From assembly GCA_002104905.1 (NCBI GenBank), contig MCFE01000190.1, positions 73,089-137,088 on the forward strand: a stretch of DNA of 64,000 nt, given 5' to 3'. The notes under the pieces were generated by a model. It saw nothing but the letters and a program-made list of their open reading frames with translations. It had not been told where the DNA came from and did no database searches. The translations under genes were made by a program, and so were the position numbers. The DNA is from Basidiobolus meristosporus CBS 931.73. Its lineage: Eukaryota > Fungi > Basidiobolomycota. Within the stretch, counting starts at the first letter, position 1. Every line of letters starts with the position of its first letter. Positions 34,710-47,567 of this stretch are shown piece after piece.

Positions 34710-35058
34710 TGTTGTAAGAGTCTTGGAGATATTGGAAGTGATTGGGAGAACAAGTAGATTATGTGATTTTCACTTAATGATTTATTGAATGTAGAAGTAG
34801 TATTTATACTTTTACATGGTCATGACAAAAAAAACGCGTAGAGTATGTTTGTTAAGGTCCCAAGAGCATGCGTGCAAAGTTTGCGGCTGTTTGGACACCT
34901 CAACAAAATTTCATGCTCTGGGTACCTGATGTTTTGGTGAAAATATTCCAAGTAAATCCCGACAAGGAATTTGCTCAGAATTCTCTAAGATTTGTAGGTA
35001 ATGATCCAAGTGACAAAGCTAGGTGAATATTTAGGTGCAATTACGAATTTTTACAACA
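34710..35058 (-). mobile_element. Complete solo LTR (349 bp), no target-site duplication
   Basis: TGTTGTAAGAG...TTTTACAACA, collinear with the reverse complement of 61288-61636. Flanks are CAATC and ATAAT. Confidence 0.92.
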
Positions 35059-35296
35059 ATAATATCTTTACCAGAATGTTTGGTATCCTGTGCATAAGAA
35101 TCCTCAAAGTCACCCAAAAGCCCACAAGCTTTGCACATATGCTTCTGGGACCATCTTAAGCGTATTTTACTTGTTTTTTTGACAAGAACTTGTAAAACTA
35201 ATTTGTGAGTTACGCTTTGACATTCAAAAAATCGCTGAGTGAAAACCACATAGTCTACTAGCTCTCATTTCCAATATCTCCAAAATCTTCACAATA
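35059..35296 (+). repeat. Older, diverged forward LTR fragment lacking ~107 bp of its 5' end
   Basis: Contains ctttgcacatatg, tgggacc, gtgaaaaccacatagtctact and ttccaatatctccaaaatcttcacaata, matching the LTR 3' part. Confidence 0.75.
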
Positions 35297-38200
35297 CCTT
35301 CGAGGACTACCAAGGCTATAATCAGTTAGCAAAGGTCCCAAGTCTCATGCAACAAGTACACAAATGATATTAAATGCAATTCCAGATATCTCTGACGAAC
35401 GTCTAACAATACCCACATCTTGAGAGGTAAAAAATGACTTAGGAACAGTGTATTTCAATGATTGGCAGAGTGGGAGTGTTGCAGTCAAGTTCAACAATAA
35501 TCGTTCATACATTGTGAAATCACCCTTTGGATAGTTCTAAAAAATATCACCACAATATATATATATAGGGATTTTGCAAAAATCGGTAATTTTTGGATGT
35601 CAGCTTTACATCATATCAATGTTCTCCCCATACCGAGGCATAGATAAAAATCATATTAAACGAATCGCCAGTTAAAAGAGTAAGTGGGGTGGAATACTGT
35701 CGGACGATTTCAAGATAGGTAGGAATACCAGTAAAAAGCGGATGAAATCCGCAATCGCAACTGCTACTGGGGTAAGGCCAAGGTGGGATAAGTTGTAATG
35801 CTTGGACTTGAGAGAAAACCACGCATTTGGGCTGCAGGCACAGCTTCATCGAACTATACTGATGAAAGGTCACCAAGGCATGCGCAACTATAAGTGTTTG
35901 TGAAAACCATCACCAGTTCAATATCCCCAAAGCTCAATCTTTTCAGCAATACATACTGCGAAATGGATTACCAACTGGTTGATGTATTCGAAATCGGGAT
36001 ATACCGATTCTATTGAGTGATACTTGGCATCCTATTTATGGGGTAGATTATCACAGTGCTAGCTGGTTGATTAGAATGTCTTGGCGAGGTATAGAATTTG
36101 GATGCTTGTTCGGTAGTAACCTCGAAATACATGAATTGACTCACAGGTGAATTCCAAATGACAGGCCAGGTAAAATATCAAGCAACATAAGTGTTTAGGC
36201 ACAGGAAGAGCGGGTTGAGATGCAGCCAAAGCCCTTTCCAAGTTAATCCTTATTTAATATATCAAATCCGAGATAATCAAACTCAAGAATAGTCCAGTGC
36301 ATATCAATAGAAGGTTAACTGCCTACGAAGTGAGGGCTTTCTAAATCTGGCATCCTCTCAGAACCGGAACGCTCATGTGAATGTGCGGTGTCACTAAATG
36401 GAATCTCAAAGGTAGGTTAAAATGGGTTTGAAACAGATATGTAATGTATATTTCGAATGATGTTTGTACCACGCGATGGATAGATGTACATGTGTGGAAG
36501 AGGGATATCAAAAGCGAATCACTTGATTCTCAACCACCTTCACCAATAATGAAGAATGGCGTTTGAAGAGCTTCGCGCTCTGCATTTATTGTGAGTGTTT
36601 AGGAAGGACCAAGCAATATTGATTGCATATATGGAATTTTCAATACAGGTTAACATTGAGATACAATATGCAATGCATCAAGAATTATTCACCGGGTAAG
36701 AATTTTCAATATCAAGGGGACTCCCAAGCTATGCAAATCAACAGTTTCGAAACACAGAGATTATCTCTTGTTGGGTTCACTGAATATGCGTCCATGAAAT
36801 ATGATGACTGCAGAGATAATACCAAGCAGGTTGTCACGATCATAGATGGTATTAGTCAGCAGGGGATTTCTACCGGTCGCGAGTTACCCATTAATCGAAT
36901 CGATCTGATCTGATTGGGTCGAGACCGACAGCTTCCTTCACATGCACAAATTTCCTTACAAGTTGAGGTAGCACGATAGATATCGGGTCATGATCGGTTG
37001 ATTCAATCGATATACAATGATAGTCGATCGGTTTACTCCATGAAAACCTGTGCCTTACAGTACTTGACAGGTGTAACTGGAGTCTCGAAAGAAAACGCGA
37101 TCTTGAAATAACATGGCCGCCCCCAAGTGACCTCATACCATATGGCATGATGATCCTTCCAGCACACAGCTAGCCCTCCATCAACTGGCTGCATGGATAT
37201 TTCCCAGCCTTTAACCGATCCGACACCAGGATCTCAGGATTCTCAAGAGGGCGATATCTCCGAAACGTGTGATATTCAAATGTCAAATGCTGAATGGTGA
37301 TAAGCTGTCAATGAACCAGTTGTTGGCCATCATATCCCTGTAACTCGAACCGATTGTGGCAGACCAGTATTGAGCGAGATCAGATTGCGGTCATCTTCCC
37401 CATTGTGCTCAGTTTCATTTGACCTTGAAGGAAATTGCTAATTTTGGTGCACCGTTGGTTTGATCCAAGGAGCTTGCATAGCAGATATTTTCTGATTCAA
37501 GGAGAGCTCAGCATACGAGCTCATTTGAGTGTGTAAACCAAATCGACATTCACCTATCATAAACATAGAATCCCCCGCAGGTGTCACACCAACTGAAACA
37601 TGAGGCCTACTGATCAACCCATGAGCTAACCACCCTCATCACCTTGCCCCAGGATATTTGGATGCATATGGCAATACAGATCCTTCCAAGTTACACTTCG
37701 CCATCACATTAACCATGGAATTCGCTCAAGATCATGCAGTAGCCAGGATGTTTGTGTCTACTTCTTGTGATGGCCGTCTGAAACCAAACGACCAAATTGG
37801 CAGCGGAATTCTGTAGTGTCAACCACGAATGTATCAAACAAGTTAAGGGGAGCATGATTTAATTAGCTGTAACCGCAGAATAAACGCAGAATTGGATTTT
37901 CACACCATAAGTGACACCGCCAACTTCATCGCAGTTGTCTGGCCACACACGCATACGCAGTATCGTATTGACTGGCCACACCCGTGAGATAGAGAGCCGC
38001 TGTGAGATTTTCCGCCGATCAACAGCCAAGATTTCATGAATCTGTCGAGAATCTCTGGTGGCGATGAAACCGCTGTCATCCCCATGGGGAATCGGCACAT
38101 CTGGCTCCAAGTGCCCAAATCCATTTGATCGCATACATTAATCATGATTCATGGATTTATTCGGTTTGCTGCCCTCAGATAGTCAGCCGGTAATTAGATG

Positions 38201-38326
38201 AACATAACATTATGTAGAAGTGACCCAAGGGGATATGGGCGTTGGTCAAGGGTAACAAGAAAGTACGGGGATAGCTACAGATAGATGGTTCTTGGGAATT
38301 AGATTGTCAAAATGACCTCGGCGAGC

Positions 38327-39039
38327 TTAGGCGTTTTCCTTCACATGGCCGACTGGTAGAACGATGTAGGAGGATTCTCTGGTGATGATGGCAGCTGCGG
38401 CATTGTACCATGCAATCAGGGCTGTGATGAGGCCAAACCAGCCAGCAGCATTGTTGACCTTGGTGATGCTGCCGAAGTGACCAATGGTCAAGAGGAGGAA
38501 GGTGATCGACAACATGAAAAAGAGGGCGAACATGGCACGAGCGGCTCTCAGAGTACCAAGGGTCATGATCAAGGTGAAGATGGTCCATCCTAACAACTTG
38601 AATAAGTATATTGGATCCAGTAAAATGACCATACTCCGTTTACTTACCTAAAAGATAGAATCCCAATGCAGTGTTCAGTTTGCCATCGGTGTAGGCAGAT
38701 CCAATATCAAATGAGGGGCTAAGGATAGCTGCGAAGGAAAGCCAGAATCCTCCGTATGATGAAAATGCAGTGGCACCAAAAACGTTGCCGCATTTGAACT
38801 CCCACATACCAGCAAGAAGCTAAAGATGAAGTCAGCAACAGCGCATCAATGGCTAGAACTTTCAGTCACCCTACCTGAACAAGGCCGCCATAGAAAAAGG
38901 CAAGGCCAACAACAATGTTGGGGACGTTGGTGGCGATGCCAGTATTTACAAGAGAAAGGACGAAGGTGGTAAGAGCAAACCCAGAGAGGCCAAGTGGGGC
39001 GGGGTTGGCAATTGGCTTTGAAGGATACTCAGCGACCAT
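38327..39039 (-). CDS. GPR1/FUN34/YaaH (Ady2/SatP-type) acetate transporter, 199 aa. Exons 38875-39039, 38648-38819, 38327-38589
   Basis: Motifs [32 protein letters not shown] and AWY. Two GT-AG introns (55 and 58 bp). Confidence 0.94.
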
Positions 39040-40947
39040 GTTGAAAAGATGTGATAGAGATAAAGGGATGAGGGCGGTTTGTTCCGTACTGCCCAAATCA
39101 CTGTTATATATATAGTGGATTCTGAATAGGTAATCTAAGAATATGGTGAACCACATGGTGAACCTGACGAAATTTTCAATCTAATTCTTGCAAGTGAGCT
39201 TTGGAACATCTTACACATTTGTCAGTGGTGATTGGGTTTGTTGCACTTGCTAAATGATAAATATGGGTATGTGCAATCATAGCGATGTTGAAGGTATCGG
39301 CTATATGCATCAAGTATATTTCATTCTTAAAAGTCATGGTGGCACTGTCCATTGCCTGGCGCGAACTTGCTCAATCAAATCTAAACATCGATGTGTAACC
39401 CACCTGAGTCTTTGGAGAATCCATGATCAAAGTAAGATATGTCATATACATCACCAGATGATAGAATTCCTAATTTAGATAATGTACAATATCCTATATG
39501 CTTCATTTGACAATAGCCCTTGACTATCTAGAATCCCCAAGATTTGCAGCATGCTGATGCAATGGCTAGATGAAGCTAAGCACATACACTATTAGGCGAG
39601 CCGTAGGCCGATAAGGAATGGAGCATACCATCTCAATGATAGATGGGTATTGGGCCGTATCCAAGACTCCAATTTACAACTTGGTGTACGAGCAGATCAG
39701 GTTGCTCAGGGCATATCTCTGAGACGGGTCTCTATTGTATTACAGTAGAACACCGCCAACCTGAACCGCATCGTGGCAGGTGTGATCCTTTCCTAATGAA
39801 ATTCGATTAATGAATGGAAATTGACCCGGTCGGAGTAATTATTCTCCCGCGAGAATGAAATACAGCCCTATAGTGCCGATGATATTAATTCAGGTCTTGA
39901 AATCACAACTCTGTGTCATGTGCCAATTCGAGGATAGGGAGCATAGTAGGAGGCTACATGGGTGCGGTATGTAGTTCAACGAGACAGGGTGGTATTGATT
40001 CTTACCAGGCTCAATTAATTACCACCTGATCATGCTCAGCCAAACCGGGGTAGGGCTACCTCTGTTGCCACTGTCACCGTCACGGGATGCCGCTGCTAGA
40101 GGACAGAGATGTGGGCTGATGCCCAAATTTACATGACTACCTATGGCTAGGAAGCATAGTCAGAGGTATCTGAGATGCTACAGGAATGTCGTTGACCCTT
40201 GATGACTCATCTATTCCTAAAATATGTCGTAGCGATTAAGCCACTTTCAGATTGATCTTTGGTTGCTCTGGCTTTAATTTAGATTAAGTGAATGGATGTT
40301 TGACGATACCCACCACAGTTGTGCGTATTCCGGCGTTATCGCATATATAGAATATATCGCCACCACTCTGATGGGGCTATAGTTGCCTATGCCGGCCATT
40401 GCTGAAATTGGTTAGATGCATGATTTCCGCTAGCGCTAGCGATCTAATAAGAATCAACTGGCAATTCTAGGCATTTCTGCAAGAATACATTAGCGCGCTG
40501 TTATTGATCAAAGATGGGAGTCGAGGCACCCATCGTTTGTGCGTAAGGATGGAGGTTTGCCTGGTTTTGCGCACGTTTTGAGGAGAGGATTACTGGCTGA
40601 GCAATCACCAGTCTGGTGTCTCGAATGTTTTCGCCATCGAAATGCGGCAGTTTAACCCGTCAGCGATGAAAGGAAAACGGAGTATTTGGCGTGACTGTTG
40701 TCCAGACTGAGGGAAATGGAGGCGTTTGGTAGTGGTTGATAAATTCTGATATGATGCGGCGATGGATATACTATATCTTATGACGTGATAGGACTGGAGT
40801 GAAAAATCTATTCATATCTTGGATCAAATGGTGATATATTTATTTAAATCATCGTATCAATTCTTACATAAATTATATTACATCTGTACAAATATTAGAC
40901 TGCTAGTGCTGGTTAGTAAAATGCACTGTGCTTAGGCACAACGCAGG

Positions 40948-41784
40948 TTAAACGTTGTTTTGCGAGCTTGGCTCCGGGATTATGGTTACAAATCCATTCG
41001 TTTCCTCCAGGGCGCCGAGTTTGGCTTCGGCTTGCGAGAAGTTTCTTTCCTGAAGTGCTCTATTGAATTCAGACATTCTTCGGCGTTTTCGGAAGTATAG
41101 TATCAAAATAACGACGAAAATCAAGGCGAGCACTCCAAGACCAGCCAAAACGTATGCCCAAATGGGAATGTAGTTATACACCTCTCCGTCAGTACAAATT
41201 CTATTACGTTCGTGACAATTATTGGATAGACATTGGCGGTCCTCTATACACTTTTCTCCATTCGTGAATGAAGCCAAGCAAATGAGGTTTGCCTCAGGGC
41301 AGAAGGATCCTCTTGAACAATCATCTCTGTTAACACCATAAATGGTTGTATTGTCAAGTCTGCAGGGTTGGTTTGGCTGGACATTCTTTGAAATGCACCG
41401 TTGATTCAAGCATATGCTCTCTCTCTCCAGGCACGAGTCGTCTCTCCCAGGAGAACACACATCCCCAGTTTTGATCTTTGGCAGACATTTGAGTTGATCA
41501 TCTGGACAGAACTCGAACTCCATATTACAGGCTACGGGAATTTGCCATTCCAACGGCCATTCCAGCAGGGATTCGTTGACTCGACAGCCTTTGGGTTTAC
41601 AGATATTACTAACTGGATCGCAAACCAAGGCGTAATTCTGGCAAGGCCCTTTTTCGTGCGCTTGAACGTTTGGATTAGGTATACACGAGTCCCCAACGTT
41701 TAGTGATGAGGCGAGCTTCCACACGTTCAGAAGTCCAAGCCCCCCTGCAAATAGCTCTCTGCGCCGAAACCGAAGTCGAACCAT
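40948..41784 (-). CDS. Cys-rich type I membrane protein (EB/Dickkopf-like small disulfide modules), 278 aa
   Basis: 20 Cys in an ectodomain of five 4-Cys modules, a single TM helix (IWAYVLAGLGVLALIFVVILILYF), a RKRRR stop-transfer signal and a short cytoplasmic tail. Confidence 0.8.
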   Translation of the reverse strand: MVRLRFRRRELFAGGLGLLNVWKLASSLNVGDSCIPNPNVQAHEKGPCQNYALVCDPVSNICKPKGCRVNESLLEWPLEWQIPVACNMEFEFCPDDQLKCLPKIKTGDVCSPGRDDSCLERESICLNQRCISKNVQPNQPCRLDNTTIYGVNRDDCSRGSFCPEANLICLASFTNGEKCIEDRQCLSNNCHERNRICTDGEVYNYIPIWAYVLAGLGVLALIFVVILILYFRKRRRMSEFNRALQERNFSQAEAKLGALEETNGFVTIIPEPSSQNNV

Positions 41785-43913
41785 GTCCTCACGTTCGTAT
41801 GTATGTTAAAGAGATTCCAAATCGAAGGTGATGCTCGAAATAGTGTTTCCCGGCAGTCAGGTCTACCAACCGAATGAGTGGTGTGCTTAGGGTTATGGAG
41901 TCCTTGGTAGTATGTTACTCCAGACTTGGGTGCAGTTAAATTTGTAACAGTTATGAAGTTATTTATTCAGGTTATTAACACGGTTATGCCATTAAGAGAG
42001 TGTCTGGATTAGGGAGAGTAACAACTGCCCTCAGCAGAACAACGAGAAGAATGTCCAAGTAGAAAGTTGCTCAGGGCAGGAATCTCTTTAAAAACCCTCG
42101 CTTTCTTAAATTTGTTACATCGTTGCATTAGCTATTTTCTCCAGTATCTAATCTAATTCGAATCCCCCTATTTCCCGACATTCCTTACGACCGGGATATT
42201 TCTTCGGGTCGTGATCCATAACACGCAAATTCGGAGGTTTAACTGGTCTCGTTTCCCAAAGAAGCCAGTATCGGGTTGACTTCTAAAGGGATCAAAATTG
42301 TGAATCATTGGGGTGCCTAGTTATATTTAGATTACTTAACTTTCCGCTCGTCATTCTCTACCCATAATTAAGGGTTTTTTACCTCGAGAGAATTGATAAT
42401 GTTGTGAACTAGTCAAGGTTGCAAGCGTTTATTGAGGCTTCAGAAGCCACAAAGTGTATCTGGCTCATTTTATAAAGGTTGATTTCTGCCGATGTTAATG
42501 ATATCATGTATCTTGGATTGCCTTCCCATACAGCTGAGAATTTTCAAAGTGCGAATGATGATAATACCTTAAACTTTTCAACCAACACTCCACTAATTCA
42601 TAGGGTATGTAAAAGGAGTATCAGTGTATTTCCCCTTGCTCAGGAATTTACAGACATCCTTTCTGTAAATTATCAACGCCCAATGCAAGTAATAAATTAT
42701 TGATAACTGGTCAAAGGCTTCTACTCAATTTTCCATTAGACTTGAATCCATTTGTCGCTTGGAAAGAAGCCTTTTGTCACTGGCATGTTGCCACTGAAAC
42801 TCAAGAGTACCTCATCGGGCATTCATCTCTTTGTTGAAGAGCCTACACCAAGATTTCTCGGATTTATTGACTCCATGGAGCGAACTGGTCGAAATAGGTT
42901 ACTTGAGATGCTCTTGGTGGTGATGTGGGTAGCCGAGATTTTGCACTCTCCTCTCTTTACATTGAGGTGATGAGTTTCTGGAAATGATATAAATCAGTGC
43001 GATTGTGTGAATAGATAACATAGCGTCCTTGACTCAATATATGGTCAAGCATCGGGGTATGATAGTGGGCCCCTGTTTCTACAACCAACCTGAATCTTCC
43101 AAAGCCACCAGTTTAGGTTGTTGCTAGGCCTGGTCTCGACCGAAATAATGTTATATATAGTGACAATGTATCAACAACTAAATATACAGCACCCTATGCT
43201 GGGTGATTTAGTCCAAAATCTCGCCCAACATCACCCTCACAAAACATTTCCTCGTGAATGTATTGGTGCCGCTCTCTTAGGCTAGCAATCTTAATGTATG
43301 ATGCACGAAGTAAGGCACATATGGAGTGCAACGTAATCCTGCAGCTTTATTAGCAATATGTATTTTACAACACTAGGTCTTCATGGAATGTTAGGGTTAG
43401 TGAAGAGTGATACAGAATTAGCCTTCAACAATACGTATTCCCAAGTTTCGATCGTATTGAGAGCCTTATGTGATCTGTATGGATCTGCCGCCCAATTAAT
43501 GCACTGAATTCTGGTTTCCATCGAGCTGGATGTATTCTCCGGGGTGTTCGAATTCATCCTATGACTTAATCAGCTTGATACAGAGATATCTGACTATATC
43601 CGTTTGAGCAGAAATCCCTTCGGTTGGCTGCACTTGTTGCAATTGGATAAAATGCTGAAGAAAAGTGATTTATCAAATGTGGCATAACGAACTTTCGATG
43701 CATATGCAAGTACCGTTGCGAAGGCCCCTATTCCATCACTCCATAGTACATTGTTTTTTAGGCAGTACGTCCACAGGAAAAACCTCCGTACTTTGGTGAA
43801 CACTTCAAGAAATGCTATAAAGCCCCCAAGAACCACCAAGCTTGATCCCGACAGCCAAGAGTCTTACAGGCATCATTTGATTTCTCGATTCGCAAATATT
43901 AATATCCACAAGA

Positions 43914-45000
43914 ATGTATTTCCGTTCATTGATGCTTTCGGTTTGTTTCCACGCCCTTTTAAAGTGCACAAGTGCACAGGAACCAATCGCCGGAGTGGTT
44001 AAGACTTGCAGTAAAGCTGGAGTCTTCGCATTGACTTTCGATGATGGTATATGGGTTATTTGGTAGGACAGTTTTAGCTGAGCAAGCTAACCCTTTCTGC
44101 AAATTCAGGGCCAAGTGCGTATACACCGGAACTTCTAAGAGTACTGAAGGAAAAAGGAGTCACCGCAACATTTTTTGTCCTAGGCGTTCAGGTGGTACAG
44201 GAAAGTCTGGTGCCTTTTTTAAGGCAAACACATGAGGCGGGGCATCAAATAGCTCTACACACCAATGCCCATCCCCATCTAGACACCCTAACCCCTGAGG
44301 CTATCAAGGAGGACCTCACTCTTAGTTCACAGGCTGTCTACAATGCACTTCAGGTGTCTCCAAATTATATGCGGTACAACTGACCCTTCCTCTCAATGGC
44401 CATTGCCCAATACTTACTGGCATTTCCCACTAGCCCTCCGTATGGCGAATGCTCTGAGCCATGTCAAGAGGTAATTCATAAAATGGGGTATACTATAGTA
44501 AATTGGAATCTGGACTCCAATGGTAGGCTTGATTTCCATTTCCATTGCCGCCCTTACATTTACTAACCTGACGAGATTAAATTCAAGATTGGAGATACCT
44601 CGAGCAACCCGAAAACCACACCCGTATCCTAAGTAATATTGCGGACGAGGTGAAAGCAAGTAACCCTAGTGAGCAGAGCTTCATATCGCTGCAACACGAT
44701 ACTCTAGGGTTCAGTATGAAATATGTATCTGATATCATAGACGTCATCAAATCCAAAAATTACAAGTTTGAAACAGTGGCTGATTGCTTAGGCAACACAG
44801 TCCCAATGTACAGAACCGCGGGATCCACCACCAACAGCCCAAACCCTGACAGCGTTGACCATGTGGATGCAGACATTCCTTTCCGCGCCGACTCGGTCGT
44901 CAACGCCAACTCGCACCCATCCTCGGCGGAAAAGATTGCCGCACATGGTGGTGTATTTGTATTGGTTAGCGCTTGGTTTATCTACGGCCTCTTGGCTTAG
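43914..45000 (+). CDS. CE4 polysaccharide (chitin) deacetylase 2, secreted/GPI-type, 299 aa. Exons 43914-44046, 44109-44373, 44434-44522, 44588-45000
   Basis: Signal peptide, motifs TFDDGP, HTNAH, RPPYG, DSNDW and LQHD, and a GPI-like C-terminal hydrophobic tail. Three GT-AG introns restore the frame. Confidence 0.93.
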
Positions 45001-47567
45001 GACACCAAGCCCAGGGTCCTATAATGGCTCACATGTTCCCATCTCAACTTGAGATATTTATAATCCATTAGTACTACACAAATCAGTATTATTCCATACC
45101 CCAACCTCAATTTGGAGGCTTCATATTGTAGAACCACCTCATTCCAATGATACCGCACCTAGATTCTAAATTGCTATACCCCACTTGAAGATATCTGCAG
45201 ACCTCCAACGCGAGGACTAGTGATAAATATTTATGATACAAATCGATATTTCTAATCCAATGAACCTCCACAATTACCTCATGTAGCTGGACCCTCCCCA
45301 AACTCCGAACAAAATATAAATAGTCTAAAAGCTGAAGTCATACCACTCAAGGGAATCAAGAAAGTAATTGAGTCATATGGACCAATAAAGGAGCAATTAA
45401 CCAATATCAAGAAATACGCATGCAACCAGTTGTGTCTACACGTGAGCCCAGTCGAGAGAGCTATATTACGTGCAACCTGAATCGGCACATATTTACTCGA
45501 CTCCATCTCTGCTAGATAGCCATGCAGTGAAGAGTCCTTGGCGCTTGGAAATACCCGCCTGTTGAGTTAGTTTTGATGCGTAGGTTTCAGAGGCAGCTAT
45601 CCAGGTAGCAAATGACATGAAATGGATATCATTCGCTCCTATTGTGCAACATGCTAATACGCCGATATCTTCAATATTACAACACTATGAAACGTCACTA
45701 GTTCCAAGGGTATGCTACTCTACTGCTTAATATAATTGGAGACCGTGCGTATGAAACAATGAAAGTTAAAAATATCACCATTCGCACTTTAATTAGCGCA
45801 AGAAAGCGCTGCGAATCAAAGCCCGGGAATGGATTCATCTTCAGGTGGCTTTCTTGTTGATGGTTGCATCGGAGTCTGGCAGTTTATTATGGGGTTTGAT
45901 TTTGCCCACCATACAGATACCCAATACTCGAAATCTACTTGAGTAGGTTTGCGCGAATCGGATGGGCAAGCACCACACTGGGTGGGATTCCGTTCATTTG
46001 GGCCTCTTGCCAAATCGATTATGTTAAGAGCAGTTGAACTTCGATATGCTCAACCAATAAATTAGAGATATTCGATAAACACGTGATGCGAGCCCCAAAT
46101 CACTCCGAACGTGAATGTTCCAGAAACGGGACCGTTACAACTAGTAGGCACATTTAACTTCTGGAGTGGTGTTGCCATTTTAGTGCCATGCACGTTCGAA
46201 GTGATGCATGATCCCACGAAAACTACTCGATCGAACCTGGAATGTGCTTCCACACAAGCTGATAGAGAACCAGTACGTAGGTTTGGGTTTGAGGCGGCAT
46301 TCTCACAAAACCTGGTTTCCAGTAGCCGTGGTTAAGTCTGAACTTTGTCATCCTCGGGGTCCCTGATGAATAATAGTAACTGATATGAAGGGATGCCACC
46401 AATGCCTCTTTCAGCGATAGACACGAGCTCAGTTAGTTTCTGGGGAAATCCCATCATAAACAGCAAGATGAAATTGGCTGAGCTCGCATCGTGAGTATCA
46501 GAGGCCCCATTTATGATCTCTTAAGTTACATTAATCTCCGTCAGCCGCAACTCCTTCATTGATTGTTGTTTCGTGAGGTTGTTCCGGATCATTCGCATCG
46601 AGAGGAGACTACATAATGGGCGAGCCAGGCAAAGGCGTGAAGGTGCACATCGCAATATGAACAATCCCAGCCCGGCATTGGCTACATGAGGATGACTTCG
46701 CTCTGCATTGGCTATCTCCCGTGGACGATGAACAATAGAGCCGCACTCTCACGGAGTATTACAACTTTAGGATTAGAAGGCCCATCAGCAAGTCAACCTT
46801 AGGGTTGCGGTTCTGTTGGCAACGCCGAGCCATAAATGGGCTTACATCAATAATATAGAGGGGACAGCACTCTATTCAGCCTCTTCGTCCCATGGCTTTC
46901 ATAGATCCCTGAGATATGCAAATCATATTCAGTTTGCCTGTGATCGTATTCTCCGACTGTATGTCGCGAAAGAAGATCGGTGGGACGTCAAAAGTTGTAT
47001 CCTCTGCTGTGTAATTAATGAGGTCAATATGCGTTGTCATACTTCATCGTAATAGACTTGATGCTAAACTTAGACTGAATACGAGTTCTATATGGGTTTC
47101 AATTTGCAATAGATCAGGCTGATCCACTCTCTTTGAATCATATGGCAAAAACTCTCGGCTCCAGTCAAAGTGGATCAATGGATTTAATTTACTTCTAATG
47201 TATTTAGTTGCAAACCCACAAAGCCACGAATATTTCCTAATCTGTCATAGCAGTCGGGCTTTAAACCAATAAACAGCCCCACTAGGATCCAGCCAAACTC
47301 CGAATTGCGACGCCAACTAGATAGACCTGGTGATATTCACAATGAGCTGGATAAAGAAATGCATCCTTTTTCCAGGTTAGGCTGCATGGCTTTCGGAATT
47401 TGAAAATTCGCGGTAATTTTGATGTATGTTTGAGATAGCCTCATGATTGGTGTTGATCAGCAAGCTGCTGAAAATATAAATAAGCGGGTGTTGAAATTGT
47501 TTATTAACGTCAGACCATATTTCGTCCCTCAAACTTAAACTTTGGTAAGGTTCAGATAGCAAACAAC

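Noticed and set aside
37859-38145. Alpha/beta-hydrolase-like (LLIGGKSHSG) or DDE-like (GDDSGF) fragments in overlapping ORFs
   Set aside because: Three frames all look equally protein-like and none extends to a recognisable domain.
40428-40441. Perfect 14-bp palindrome CGCTAGCGCTAGCG
   Set aside because: About four such palindromes are expected by chance in 64 kb, and there is no supporting context.
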